A stretch of DNA of 64,000 nucleotides from Takakia lepidozioides (lineage: Eukaryota; Plantae; Bryophyta), in assembly GCA_030704615.1 (NCBI GenBank), contig CM060734.1:51708001-51772000 (forward strand), written 5' to 3'. The notes under the pieces are model-generated. The model was not told where the DNA came from. It saw only the letters and a list, made by a program, of their open reading frames with translations, and ran no database searches. Both the position numbers and the translations under genes were made by a program. Position 1 is the first letter of the stretch. Each line of letters begins with the position of its first letter. Of the stretch, positions 13,211 to 25,897 are shown one piece after another.

Positions 13211-14210
13211 ACATGTCCCACTCTCACCACCAGAAAATCAGCCCCTTTGCTTTCTTTCTTGCACTCCCAAACTTGAAAGTACAAGCCTTCAACAGGCTGA
13301 AAGCATGCTCCACACATGCATTGCTCTCACATAAGGGAAGTCAGCCCTTCCCTCTTCCTTGCTTGCCCTCCAAGCTTGAAGATGGAAGCTTCAATGAGTT
13401 GAATACATGCTCCACACATGCAACCTCTTCACACAAGAGATATCAGCCCCCTATCTTGGCTCTTTGGCTCCTTGATGCTCTCTAAGACAAGACTAAGCAC
13501 TCCATAGCCTTTGCCAAGCTCCTGAAACCCTAAGGCTTACATTTCCAGCCACAAGACACTCCTTTTGTGGTGCAAGGGCTCGTCTTCCAAGCTCTGAAAC
13601 CCTATGTGCACATTCCATGGCCTTGCCGCACCTCTTAGCTCCTGTTCCAGCCCTGCTCTTGCCATGACAAGAGCCCTCTCAATGCTGAAGCTCGAGATTG
13701 AAACCCACTCTCAACATACTCCACAAAGTGCACTGATTTGCCCCAAGCCAAATCAGCCTTTTCGCTTGGTCTTGCAATCCTTCACACAATGAAAGCTCGC
13801 ATTCCCAAGTCCAGTTCTCAGCTTTGCCACCAAAGCCACTATAACCTGCTCTTGACTGGTCCTCTTCCCAATCGTGCTTGCTCATGCATGTACACAATCT
13901 GAAACCATCAAGGTGCTCTGGAATTACCTGCAGTATGGTGCTTTCATCTCTGAAGCTGAAGATCGTATGCCAAGGTTTACCACCTCGTAACCCACATCGC
14001 CTCCGCTTCTAACAACCAAGAGCTCCACAGTGCTCCTTGCATAACAACCTAGTTTTTCTCATTCTCAAGCAAAAACCACAAGTGCTACAACTAACTCGTA
14101 TCTGGCACTCATAGATACGAGCTGATCTTTCTCGAGTGATAAAGAAGAAGAATACAAGCACGAGCTCACAAATCTGAAGCATAAACTCATGCATATATAA
14201 CCTCATCACT

Positions 14211-14453
14211 CAAATACAAGTCAAGCCAAGTGCACCCCACGCCATGGGGAATCCACACTATGGCGCCATAGCTAGGCGCGGTGAGGCTCAACTCGAGAAA
14301 GATGAGCCTCCCGCACTTGCCGTGAAGATAACCACTCCAGGGCCTAAATCTGACTTGACCCCTGGATTGACACTTGGGCCAATCCCAAATGTCAATATGT
14401 AAAAGCTAGCTATTTCCTAGCTAGTTTTACACTAGTGGTAAAATAACTTGACA
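14211..14453 (-). repeat. 5' LTR
   Basis: CAAATACAAGTCAAGCC...TAAAATAACTTGACA; direct repeat of 5214-5455. Confidence 0.92.
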
Positions 14454-15298
14454 ACTCGAAAATTCGCAAGGTTTCAGGTCGTGTAGATGTCACGAAGAAG
14501 ACAATATAAGTCTGCAATGCCTCGAAAAGAGACAAGGTTTCATGTCGTGTAGGTGTCACGAATAAGACAATATAAGTCTGCAATTCCTCTGGTAGCATTG
14601 TCCGCTTCTGAAATACAAGTCTGCAATGGACTAATGCACAGTCTCCCAACTGACTCCTACATAGTCTCCCAAGCATAATCTCCCAACGGACTCACGCACA
14701 GTCTCCCAACAGAGTCACAGTCAATAGACTGCGAGCGCCAGTAAGCCAGCCTGCTGGTCAGTCTGCTGCCCACTCCAAAAGTCTGCTCACCACACTTCCA
14801 CCTCATCCCTGCAACTCTTCCAGCAGACTGCTGGACAGACTAAGTCTCAAGCAGACTCATCCACAATAGCAGACTCAAAATGGACAGGCTCCAGTGGACT
14901 ACCTCCCTAACGACTCATGCCAATCCAGCGTCCCAGCGGACTCATGGACATGGTGCCTACCAGACTAGGTACCAGACCCACCAGTCCTAGCCCCGGCAGC
15001 GTACTGCTTGCACATTCAAGCTCAGCAGACTCGGGTGCACAGTGCATGGAAAAATTGACACCATTGTGTCCATTGAGTTTAGTGACAACATTACAAAACA
15101 TGCCAGCACCCACAGTATACAAAAGTGCTCATCACCACTGGAATAGTAAGCGAAAAGACTCGCATTTTTTATTTCGGTACATAGACTTCGCAGGACAAGT
15201 ACATCATACTCATGAGAGCAGTTTCTTTAATTGTCCAACCCCCGCACGATATACTGGGCACACTGCATTCGCTGCCCAAGTGCAAACTTAAAAGTAAA

Positions 15299-18200
15299 CT
15301 AGTCCTTCGTAAAAGGTGTTCCTATCTTTGGCTTTGCAGTCTTGGAGACATTTGCTCTGACTTTTACCCACTCATAAAACACTTGAATGAATGACATGAC
15401 GTAAAAGCCACACTCCCAGCTGAATGGTTGCTGGGGCACATCAGGCGCGTGGAACTGAAATGCTTGGACAATCTCATGCCACTCCGGTGAGTCCATCGAG
15501 TACCCTAAGCACTCAGCATGAAGCTTCCGAATCCACCCTAGAACAAAGGGACATTTATGTGAGTCCCTGATAGAGTTCAGGTGAGTGTAACAGCCCTTGC
15601 GGAGGTCGATGATACAAACACTCCGGTGCCCCCTGCAATGGTATCAAACAACATGGCGTCATTGCACAATCATGATGGGCAGACTCAGCAGACTGACACT
15701 TAGTAGACCGACCACTCAGCAGACTCAATCTTCAAACCCAGTCCACTGCACAAATACAAAGGTCAACTTAATCGCTCAGAATCAAGACGACACTGCGAAA
15801 CCAGACTATGACTCAGGAGACAGTCTCAGCAGACTCGGAAGAGTTCTTACTCGTCCCCAATTGGCACCAAAATGAAATCGCACTCTTTAAAGTCCTTGCC
15901 CAGTCGTTCAGTGCTGAGGCAACCTTTCAAGACCTCCAAAAGGCTTTCACGTTGCCCCACCCCTAATGACTTCAACACCGTCCACGTCGACGTTGGAAGA
16001 ACAGCAATAGTGTTGGTGAACGCAGCCTCAACCGACTTCTCATAGAATCGACACCACAGCTCCAGGAGTCTATCTGTGCACTCCGACTCAACCTTCTGGA
16101 GCACCTTTACGTCATCCGGCGACAGTCCGCATTCAAAACGTGGGTCCCCTTCAAAAAACATTAGCATGGAATTACCCGCCTTGACGTGTAGAGCATGTGC
16201 TTTGTCCATCGAGATGAGCAATGGCGCCGATGTGGTCTTCAGTTGGGATCCCACACCACAAGACTTTGAAGACATTGGGATTTTGCAAAACAATGTTGAA
16301 TACTGCTCGCTCCATCACCAATGCAAACCAGTGCAATGCGTCATCCACCACAAACTTCTGTGAATGGTCTGTTCCATGAAGTAAGTCCATCCTCAAACTA
16401 TGCAGATCTTTCATCAACTTATTGTATGAGCGGAAATTGCCAAATTTGCATCCATCTGTGTTGTAAGAAGGAAGCTGTTATGCGCTCACAGTCCTCCTCA
16501 GTCAATCCAAACAAGTGTTTTCTTCGCACCCCAAAGGTTGGATGTGCCATAGGCATATGTCTGAGGTCTTCAGGCCGTGGGTCATCCATGAGAATCAGCT
16601 GCACAAGTAGAGGCGGCGCATTTTGGACGCTTGTGGCTTCAATGGCAACAGCAGAGGCGGCTTCCAGAACATGGTTGGCTTCCTCAATAGAAAACTCCAT
16701 GGAATAATGAAATGGTACAAATGACCACCGGCGGTCCGCAAGCTCATTATGCCAATCCAAATGGGGATTAATTTTTCCCACCCTAAGCCCGGGGAAGTGT
16801 GAGGTCTTCAGCTCCAGGTCGAATTACCGGTGATGGCGATAGCCAAACTGCAAAAAACGCCGTGCTATGTAAGAGAAAGGCAGTCTGCTGGTCCGCAGTC
16901 TATTGGATGACAGGACTTCCCATTGGCATGGGCTGCATGATGGGCTCCTGGAGAGGAGTATGCAGGATGACAGGCTGCTCGTTGGGAGTCTGCTCCGTTG
17001 GAGTCTGCTGGATGACGGCCTGCTGAATGGGAGTCTGTTGGATGGTAGACTCGGCTGTCCCAGATGCATTCCCCCCTGACGCGTCTTGAATATGTAATGC
17101 TGCTATAGCAGCAGATGACCCAGGATACTTCAATAATATGTACTCTGGCACGCGGTCCACTTCCGCACGTACTGCAGTCGCTTGTAAAGAAGCATCATTG
17201 CTAGGTATCCGCCAAGCCTGAATGGCCCTACGAATAGAAACACGTTCATCCTGGTACACGGCAGAGAACTTGGACGTCAGGAACATGGACGTGGACTCTA
17301 TATTCACCTCATGCAACGGACTGGACTCACGGACCAGCAGACTGACAAATGTAACGTGCGTACGTAGGGTGGAGGCAACTAGTAGACTGTACCAGTGGAC
17401 TGGACCAGCGGACTGACAAACGGACTCAGTAAGTAATGCAGCGATATAAAACAGACTAACTGACGAGTGGAGTCAGCCAGCGGACTGAGGAGAGAACGCA
17501 GCGGACTGACCAGACTGAATAGGCAACGTGACCCCGATGATGGACTCAAACAGCACAGAGAACAGACTGGGCGGTTAGACTGACCATTACCTCCTCTACT
17601 TCATCATCGTCATCTTCATCTTCAAAGCTGTTCAACCAGTTCTGTTCCGCCTATCGGATGAATGTGCGTAGCAGACCTGACTGGGCATCTCTGTAGAAAT
17701 AACAGAAGAAGTCTGGATCCCCAATTGGTGGGCACTCTGGTGGGAAAAGCCCAAAGTCAACGAGGTGCAATGTGCCAGGGCAGACTAGCCCTTCAGTGCT
17801 CTGTTGAGTTTTTGGTTTTGACCCTAAACCGATGGCATGGGTCGCGATATTTGTGGGAGTCTGCTGCCGAGTCTGGTCAGGCAAGTCAATGTCCACTGGA
17901 CTTGTCACCCCTTCCAGGCCCTGAGCAGATTCACTTTCAGTATCAGTTTTGATGGTGTGGGTCTGCCGCCTAGGACGGGGTTCAGTCTGTTGCGTGGATT
18001 TTGCCCTTGCCTCGCGAGCAGACCTTGTAGTCTTCTCCTTTTTTTGCCTCTCCTTTTTTTGGGCCCCATCACTCAGTTTACGTTTTCTGGCAACGTCTGG
18101 TGTTCCCTGCACTTGCAAATCCTCCATTGACGGGCCACCAGAATGGACATCATACCGTGCGCGCACTTCGTCTAATTCCAAAGTGCAGGGGTCAAGCACT

Positions 18201-18550
18201 GATCCGCGCAAGCGCATTGTGGCCTCTTTGACAATCGACATTTCTTTCAGTATCGGCCAAGGTTTGAAATCCCGTGGAATCATTGCAACAGTCTCCTTGC
18301 AACCCGTGTCAACACAATGCCGATTTAGTTGGATTTTGTCCTTGATAACCTCTTCACAGAAGGGACAGAAGAGCTTGTCCTTCTGCCAATTCGAGTTTTT
18401 GGGCTTCCGGGCGCGGAGGTCTACAAATGCTTCCACTATTTTATGATCAAACTCGTCTGGTGAATACCAGTACCTTCGCTCCTTCTTTAGTCTGGTTTGG
18501 TGCACAAAATCCACCCAGTCCGCTCCACCCTTTTCACAAGCATCTTCCAT
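15299..18550 (-). pseudogene. MULE-1 accessory gene: N-terminal C2HC-type zinc finger and C-terminal Ulp1/C48-like cysteine protease (spliced, disrupted)
   Basis: CPFCEEVIKDKIQLNRHCVDTGC at ~18300-18370. Protease part: DFILVPI (15860-15880), intron, then GHRSVCIIDL..YTHLNS..DVPQQPFSWECGFYVM (15395-15632). Stops and frameshifts present. Confidence 0.75.
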
Positions 18551-19060
18551 CGCTGAAGAATGAAACGAGGGTGCAAGGACAATGAGCGACAGATAGAAGT
18601 CCCATGAAAAGACTCACCCTAAGCAAGAAGATGACACAAAATGGAATGGAAACACCGCAGTAAGTGAGAACCTCACCGAGTCGATGAACTTCGAGTTGTT
18701 ACGAAGGCGAGCGTGTTTGCGACGCTTCACGGCTCACCGCGACTCTCCACACCTGGGGAAGAACGGCCGTCTTTCGTTACGGTGATGGAAACGCAAAGAG
18801 GAAAACAAAACAGTGCAACATAAAACGAAGGTTCCTGAAAGCACAACAAGAAGACAAAAATAGTGGAAGCATATGCACGATGGTGGCTGTAGTGCCGAGA
18901 CAGTCCTCTCATGTTCAAGCACACGCTTCATCGTCATCATGAACATCGCGCGCAAAAGAGGAACACTCGCGTGCATGGAAATGCCTACCGCAACATCGGA
19001 CAACAAACAACCGTCAAAAGAGAGCGGTCGGGATTTGGTGGGAAGATCATTGCCATTTTC

Positions 19061-19379
19061 GCAGCCCTAAAAATGGAGGGCTCGGATGGGTTATGGGAAT
19101 GGACGGTGGCGATCCTGCACCGTCAGCGGACTAGATGGCAGGGGACTGGCCAGCAGACTGGCGGACTGGCAGATTGCTGGGCAGCGGACTGGCCAGCACC
19201 GGGCTGGCAGACTGGAGGGCAGCGGACTCATGGGCGGGGGACTGGCCGCGCGGCGGAGGGGGCGCGGGCGCAGTTGCTGCAGCCGCACGCAGCTGCGGGC
19301 GGAGTGGCGTCCGTGCGCGGGGCCCACCGGCCACATCGCACGTGCCCATTGAAGACCCTATTATCTTAAAATGAGAGGC
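19061..19379 (-). repeat. Right terminal inverted repeat of MULE-1
   Basis: Runs from GCAGCCCTAAAAATGG to TTATCTTAAAATGAGAGGC and mirrors 1929-2195. Confidence 0.92.
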
Positions 19380-20699
19380 TTGGAACACGACCAAGACCAA
19401 AAAATCTAAAATTGAGATGAATCACCCTCCTATCATCTTCATCTTTCCCACTCAGCATTCGAGATTCAAGATTCAAGACTCTACGGTCACAACCATTGAG
19501 AGAATTATATTTTAATGTTTGTATACTCCCACATGAAATTTTTTCTTGGTCTATACATCTACTCTCCCGTCGTGCCGAACTCCACTTGGACAACATGTCA
19601 TTCCTAGCTTTCTTGGTCTGTAGTGTAAAGCCAATATGACCAAGAAAATGCTCTTGACCCATACTTAGGATCATTGCATTTTGAGTTGGTCTTGGTCTTG
19701 GTCAATGTACCCCTCACCAATTCTCGGGATGTGTCAAAAGCAAGCATTTTTAGGCTGGATAAAGCGATTGGCAAATAAATTAATCCAAAAAGGAATGAAC
19801 CTTTCTTTTTACACTTGATTTATCCCAGGTAAGTGAAACTTGTTTCATCCAAGGCATTTTATTCATCATAAATGCGGATGGAACATTCTCATTACACGTT
19901 TCTCGAATTGGAAGAGTAAATTGAAGAAATAAGAAAAGAACGAAAAAGTGGCAATGCGTCAAAAGCAGCTGAACCCTTTGCGTAGTCCTGCCTTGAGAAG
20001 ACGGCCAATAAATGAGGTCTATTGAAAATTGTTGTAGCTACAAAAAGATTTACATGACCTGAGGTAAATTTAAGTACAAAAAGTCATGAACTTGTTGAGC
20101 CATAACCGGTACTTCTACCCTATAGTAAAAGTACCAATCACATTTCCGGCGTCAGTCTCAGGGGTACGGGGCAACAGTAAAGGAATTTTACTGCGTACTG
20201 ATACGTCACTCCACTTCTCCACCTTTTACACTGCTCCTGAAAAGATGTAGAAGAGATCGAGGTTGCTGCAAAATTCTAGTAGTTGGGTGACCAACATACC
20301 AGATCTCACCTCTAACAGAATGTATTGAGAACTTGAGAACTCTCAATGGATTGCTGTAAAGTGGGTTTACAGGCTCTACCCATTCTGCCCATTCTTCTCG
20401 AAGCTTCATTGCTTCATTTCCTAGTGATGTAATGCACATCTTAATCTTTCACAAATACGACGTCCGAGGTCTGGGGAGGTCTTTAGTGTTGGGGGAGGAC
20501 TGAGAAGAAATCTCAGCAGTTTTACGGTGGGTACTGTCAGCACAACTGACACAGACGATGTGCAAAATCCCGACGAGAATTTTCAAACTTCTGTAGGGGA
20601 GGATAACTGCAGTATCATCATGCACCATTGCTCCTCTTGGCCTGGGGCGGCAGAGGTCTGTTCTATGCAGTCCTGGAAACATTATAGACGGTGACACCA

Positions 20700-22196
20700 C
20701 TAGTTGGGTACTTGTAAAAATTCGGGGTCAATCTCTAGCTTTTCCATGTGCTCTGTGTAGAGCGACATGAAGACGTTGATTGATCCGGGACCGACGTGCC
20801 CTGGCAGCATAAGAATGCACCCGTTGAAGGGATTGTCTGCAGGACCTGCAAAGACAGGCTTTCCAAACCCAAAGTCTGCATCATAGAAGGGCATGCGGAA
20901 CCAGCCGGCAGACGATATATCGTTGGCGGTAGTGTTGATGGCGACCATCACCGCCTGCTTCTGCTGCTCTACCCACGCCCACGATGTCTTGATGTACTTG
21001 TCCGTCATTTTGGCCACTGCTTCCCTTATGAGCTTTGCAGAGAATGATAACGGTTTCTGCAAAATATCTTTAACGGTGGCAGTTTTACATGTAAAGATGA
21101 CGGCATTGCCAAAGTAACCCTCTGGCAGATTGGGTTTTATCCTCTTCCTTGCATCCAGCGTTGTGAAAAATCTCGCTTCTTCAGTGGAAGCAAGGCCTTT
21201 GGCTCGGATCGCACAGCGGAAAGTGTGTGCTGATAGACTTTCGAAGGTAGTGAAGGAGCCTTGCTGGCCATCGCCCAGAGCTTCAGCCTTTAGCTTCTTC
21301 AACTGCTCCGGAGTGAACGTAAACATGCGCTCCTTTGATTTTCGAGCTGGAGGCGGCGCCATTAGTTTTGGCCTCAATCTAAATTCTTGGGGACATGCTT
21401 CAGGCTTCGCACGACCTCGTGATGACAGGAGTGTGTGGTCAAAGTTCGGGAGCACTGAGATTTCAGTACCAGCTACTATTTCAGTCCAGGAGGTTATATA
21501 ATGATGGGCTGAAATGCCATCAGCAACTGTATGGTGATTCGCTAAGCCCAACGAGAACCCTCCACACGCGAATCTTGTAAACTGCTCCAATCAAGCAACA
21601 AAAATCATAACCTGAGACTTGATAAACAGAAAAAGAGGCCCTCCGGTCGTGAGCGTGCTCCAAATCATTCCCGAAGTAAAATTACAATGAGATTCAAAGC
21701 AGTTTCGAACACCCTCGGCTGTACATTACTCCTACATAAATCATTTGAGAAAGACGTCAGCGGGTGGAGACAAAGTAACCTGGATGTATTGCACAGGAAT
21801 ATCTTCGATGCTCTGAGAATAGTCAGCTTTAGGAACTAGCAACTGATCAAACATGTAGTTGGGTTGAAAGCCACCGAAGTCCTTGATGGAACCATCCACA
21901 GTGGCCTCCACCCACACCACTCCCTTGTCATTGCATTCGATTTCATAACCCTGCCCATTAGCTGCACTTCGAACTCGCCCAGCCATTGGGTAAAAAGTGA
22001 CCAACAACTTGGCAAGCGCTTTCTTCAGTATTAGAGCGGCGTTAGCAGCGGCACCGGGCTCCTTCTCTGGGTACAAGTAGATCGTGCGCACATGAATGGG
22101 GCGCACGAAATTGTCACATATTGAGCAGGGTAGAACTTCGTGTTCACTAGGCGATTCTGGAAGTACAATGGACGTGTCCAGTGATGTGATCTTCAT
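20700..22196 (-). CDS. BAHD acyltransferase (2 coding exons: 22196-21780, 21581-20700)
   Basis: FYPMAGR, HHTVADG (HXXXD), GYFGNA and DFGFGKP (DFGWG). GT-AG intron after Gln (QYIQ|FTRFACGG), at the conserved BAHD intron position. Confidence 0.93.
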
Positions 22197-25100
22197 GGTT
22201 GCCAACGTCTGCTCTTCCTGAGGAAAAATCTGCACAGGAGGTCACAGACTGTCAAAACCGCCAGGGTAGCTTCGCACTTGTAAGGGGGATAATAAAACCA
22301 GCAGAAAACGGTGGACAGAGTAGCAAGCCACTAATTGAATCCTTAAGTGCCATTTCCAGCAGTCACATGAAACCAGCTCAAAACTACGAGCTGAATCTAA
22401 CCCCTGACCACCACTACAGCACAAAAAACGCAGCTCGGGGAAGCAATCGCACCCCACAACCCGATCACAAACAGACAGAGGCCATAATACAGAACTCCAA
22501 TACCGAGCTTCCAACAGCCCTCAAGTATGGACGTCGCAACCAACAGTGACAACCCTGTCTTCTGAGACCACAACTGATCACCATAATGACAGCAAAGATA
22601 GATAGTGCATCTCTTACCAACAACGCAACTGTCTTCAAACTGGCATGGACGATCTCCCCCAACCGAATCGCCTTAATCACCACCCAGAAACAAAGGGCAA
22701 GCAGGAGCTGGGTTTAACGAAGTCAAGCTGCAGCCTTAACACTGAGCTCATACGACTGCCAGCTCCAATGAGCTTGGACGATCTTTGGAATAGAAAGACT
22801 TCGGAGATTACTCGACCTGGCAGCGATGAACTCGCTCTTGTGGGGATGGCGAGGAGGGAGATGGGGAGAGGGAGGGAAGAGAGCAGCGACTGAAGGCTGT
22901 AAGTAGTTTAAGTAGTTTAAGAACTTGCTCTCACTACAAGCTGACCTCGCTCCACGACTCTATTTCTGTTTTATGTTATTTAAAACATAAAACCCCCATG
23001 ACCGTGGGTTTGTGCTCACGTTCTACCAACCCCTTCTGGATGTGGGATTGCTCAGTAATGAGATTTCTGATAGGAAGGTTCGACGTTTCGACTCAAGCTA
23101 TACCACTAAGGGTTTCTCAATACGAAACCCACCGCTGCTTAGGTTTGTGCCCATATCACAAGTATTTCTCAATGCGAAATTCTTCGCCGCCGCCGCTATA
23201 GTTTAAGATTTCTGGATACAATACTGAAGGTTTCGTCTCACTGAATTGGCGCGCAAATGTACACCCTGACCGTGGGTTGTGCTCAGGGTGTGCTCACGGG
23301 ATACCAAGCCCCTTTTCGGTGTACGACGCAATAGGTCACTGCAACAACAAGCACAGAAACCATCCAACCAAAGACTCTTAGTTAAAGAAGGAGCACAACC
23401 TAGACCTACATCGATCCTCAAACAAGCCAAATTGCCTTACTGCTTTCGCCTCACAGGCTCAAAATAAAGGTTTGCGGTTCGTCCTTTCACACCCAACCCC
23501 TCCTTTTTAGGTGAAAAAAAGCTAGAAAGCACCCCACACCCCTATACAAAAAATAGGGGCAAAAATAAAAAATATCGCCGAAATGGGGGGTGGGGCGAGC
23601 TGGTGCGAGGAAGCACCTAAGGAACCCACCCTTTTTGCCTGGGAAGGGGGGAGCATGGCGCCCTAAATCCAAGGGCTGGCGCCCCATCGCACCAGAGGTC
23701 AGCACGATTTCGCCACCTGCACCTATCTTCACCGTCCGGTATCACATATATATGTAGCCATATTGCAGCCGTATATAGTAACCATATTGCCATTTTGCAT
23801 CAGCCATATTGCACATATATAGCATACCTGTAGCCAGGTGGATTCTAGGTGGATATTGTACATGTCGCCACCTCTGCACTCAGTCCCAAAAATATTTCGC
23901 CACGTCCACGCCAAGGCAAAAATGGAAAAAAAGGACTGATCACACCCATTATCCGATAGACTATATAGATCTCTATATATATACACCACCATGTTTAAAT
24001 AAAAATAAATATTTACCAACAGTCAGTAGCTTAGTTGGATAGTGCATGAGTGCCACCCAGATGATTCTGGGGTCAAATCCTGCTACATTATTGGGTGTGG
24101 TATGTTTCTTGTTTATTCTCCCCCTTCCCTGGGCCGGTGTCCCACGTGGACGGCCTTTATGGCGAGGTTACTGTGAAAGAGCTTATTTTCTCTTCTCACT
24201 ATCTTAATTACTTAAGGGTGATCTGTCACTCCTGCCAGCAAGTCCCAGCTGCTTCCCTTTCTGACAAAAAATAGCAGTAAAAATAAATGGGTAGGACCAA
24301 GTAGCTGTGTTGGAGTATCACCTAGGGGGTTGTGGGCTCAAATCCTGCTACCTTGTGAGCTAGCTTGGCGACGTTACTTTCAACCAGAGACTGATGACAT
24401 GCACTAACAGCTCAGACTGCTGACATGCACAGTGGACGTCCGCATGGAGAGAAGCAGACTGGTGAGAGCAGCAGCACTAACTAGGTACTTGCGAGTTAAA
24501 AGCAACGTACATATCATTTGTGTGTAGAGCGGCGGCCTTTCTGGTGGATTGCACTCTGCGGGGCGGCAGAGATTTAGTGAGTCACGAGTGGTCAGCAGTC
24601 TGTTGTGGGATTCATGATGCTCTCCTCACCGCACTTTTCCTTCCCAAGCTTCTCCAATGGGTAGGCTAGTTGAGCTTGCAAGCTTGGCTTTCATGCTTGA
24701 AAGTTGACATCATATCCGTCTCCTTCTCTACGGCTTCCAAGGGTTTATCATTCGTGCAGGGCGGGAACTCTCGTCCTGCTCATCACTCAATTCACTCTTG
24801 CAGCTGGGTTCAGAAGTGTGAGAAGTAAAGGTGATTGGGACGCCCCACAAGTGCGGCCTGTGCGACGTACATGTACAATGTGTAACGCATAGGCCTTGCT
24901 GGTGACTGGTATCCAGAGCTTTGGGTTTGATATATATGACACTGCAGTCTCGGTGTCCGTCACAGTGGATGGTGACGGCTCATCAACCATTACCTATCGC
25001 TTGGGCCGATTGCCTAAGAGTTGATGAGTGCCTCGCACAGATAGGCTTAGTGCCGAGCATATTTTTTTCTAGTTAAGAAAGATCTCTTTGAGTGATTGGA

Positions 25101-25261
25101 TATTCGGGAATTCATACACAATTCAATCTCCCTCGGATCTCATAGTAGAAAATTTGCATTGGAAGAAGAAACGATCTTCACTTTCGATTGTGGAGCTCTG
25201 AGATTTCGGAACTGCGATTTTGGGCATTAGTTCGCAACTGTGACAAAAATGTATCTCACAG

Positions 25262-25282
25262 TCTCTCTCTCTCTCTCTCTCT
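25262..25282. repeat. (CT)n microsatellite
   Basis: Run of TC dinucleotides seen directly. Confidence 0.9.
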
Positions 25283-25897
25283 CATTACTCACCTTCGACC
25301 ATTCCGGCCCCCTATGCACTCTATGATTTTTTCTTACTTTTTTTCCTATGTTGCAATGACTGTAATTGTTAGAGATCTCAGTAGGTTTCGAAGAATTCTG
25401 CACTCTGGACATACCATCAACACTCGGAACTAACAGTAAACGGTCACTACTCGTGTACTGTTTCCATTACTACTGACAGAGAGTACTGAACCAATCTCGA
25501 GTATTGAATTTCAGTGTATGCAGGATCCTAGCTAGATCCTTGTCGTAGAATATAGCTCGAGCCTCGTTATATGTCATTATCAGTCATAATGGCTGAACTG
25601 GAGAGATCTCTCGAAAGACTTGAAGCCACGTCTTTGGTGGTACAACTAAAATGACCAAAACTGTACGATCAATGTGGCAACCGGCCTTTAGCTAGATAGT
25701 CCTCATTCCTATTCAACTGAATCTGATTTACAATTATGCGAGGTCTTTGCAAACCCGTAGGTAATCAATGCTGTGTCTTGGTTACAGTCTCGTTGCTGTT
25801 ATTTTACATCCTCATCCTTCTGTAGTCATCTAGGAAAAAGGAGTTGAGAAGAAAATCCTCGCAGACTCAATGTCGAACTTGACACTCTTGAGAATGC

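Larger units (their letters stand above)
5214..14453 (-). mobile_element. Ty3/Gypsy LTR retrotransposon with DNMT and PHD domains (degenerate)
   Basis: Two ~242-bp direct repeats bracket gag-PR-DNMT-RT-RH-IN-PHD on the minus strand. RT-RH-IN order is Gypsy-type. Outer ends are TG...CA; no clean TSD. Confidence 0.93.
1929..19379. mobile_element. Mutator-like DNA transposon (MULE-1) carrying a transposase and a Ulp1-like gene, with a nested Gypsy insertion
   Basis: The left end GCCTCTCATTTTAAGATAATAGGGTCTTCAATGGGCACGTGCGATGTGGCCGG is the reverse complement of the right end at 19379. It is flanked by the direct repeat TTGGAACAC (1920-1928 and 19380-19388; reads as 11-bp CTTGGAACACG if each end is moved in by 1 nt). 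Internal MULE/SWIM transposase. Confidence 0.93.

Noticed and set aside
14467-14585. Two ~52-bp direct repeats (and three ~103-bp-spaced repeats at 13200-13420)
   Set aside because: Ordinary local duplications in TE untranslated regions; no further signal.
24020-24090. tRNA-like A/B boxes (TAGCTTAGTTGG ... GGTCAAATCC), with an echo at 24290-24350
   Set aside because: No convincing cloverleaf or anticodon arm; at most a SINE or tRNA-derived remnant.
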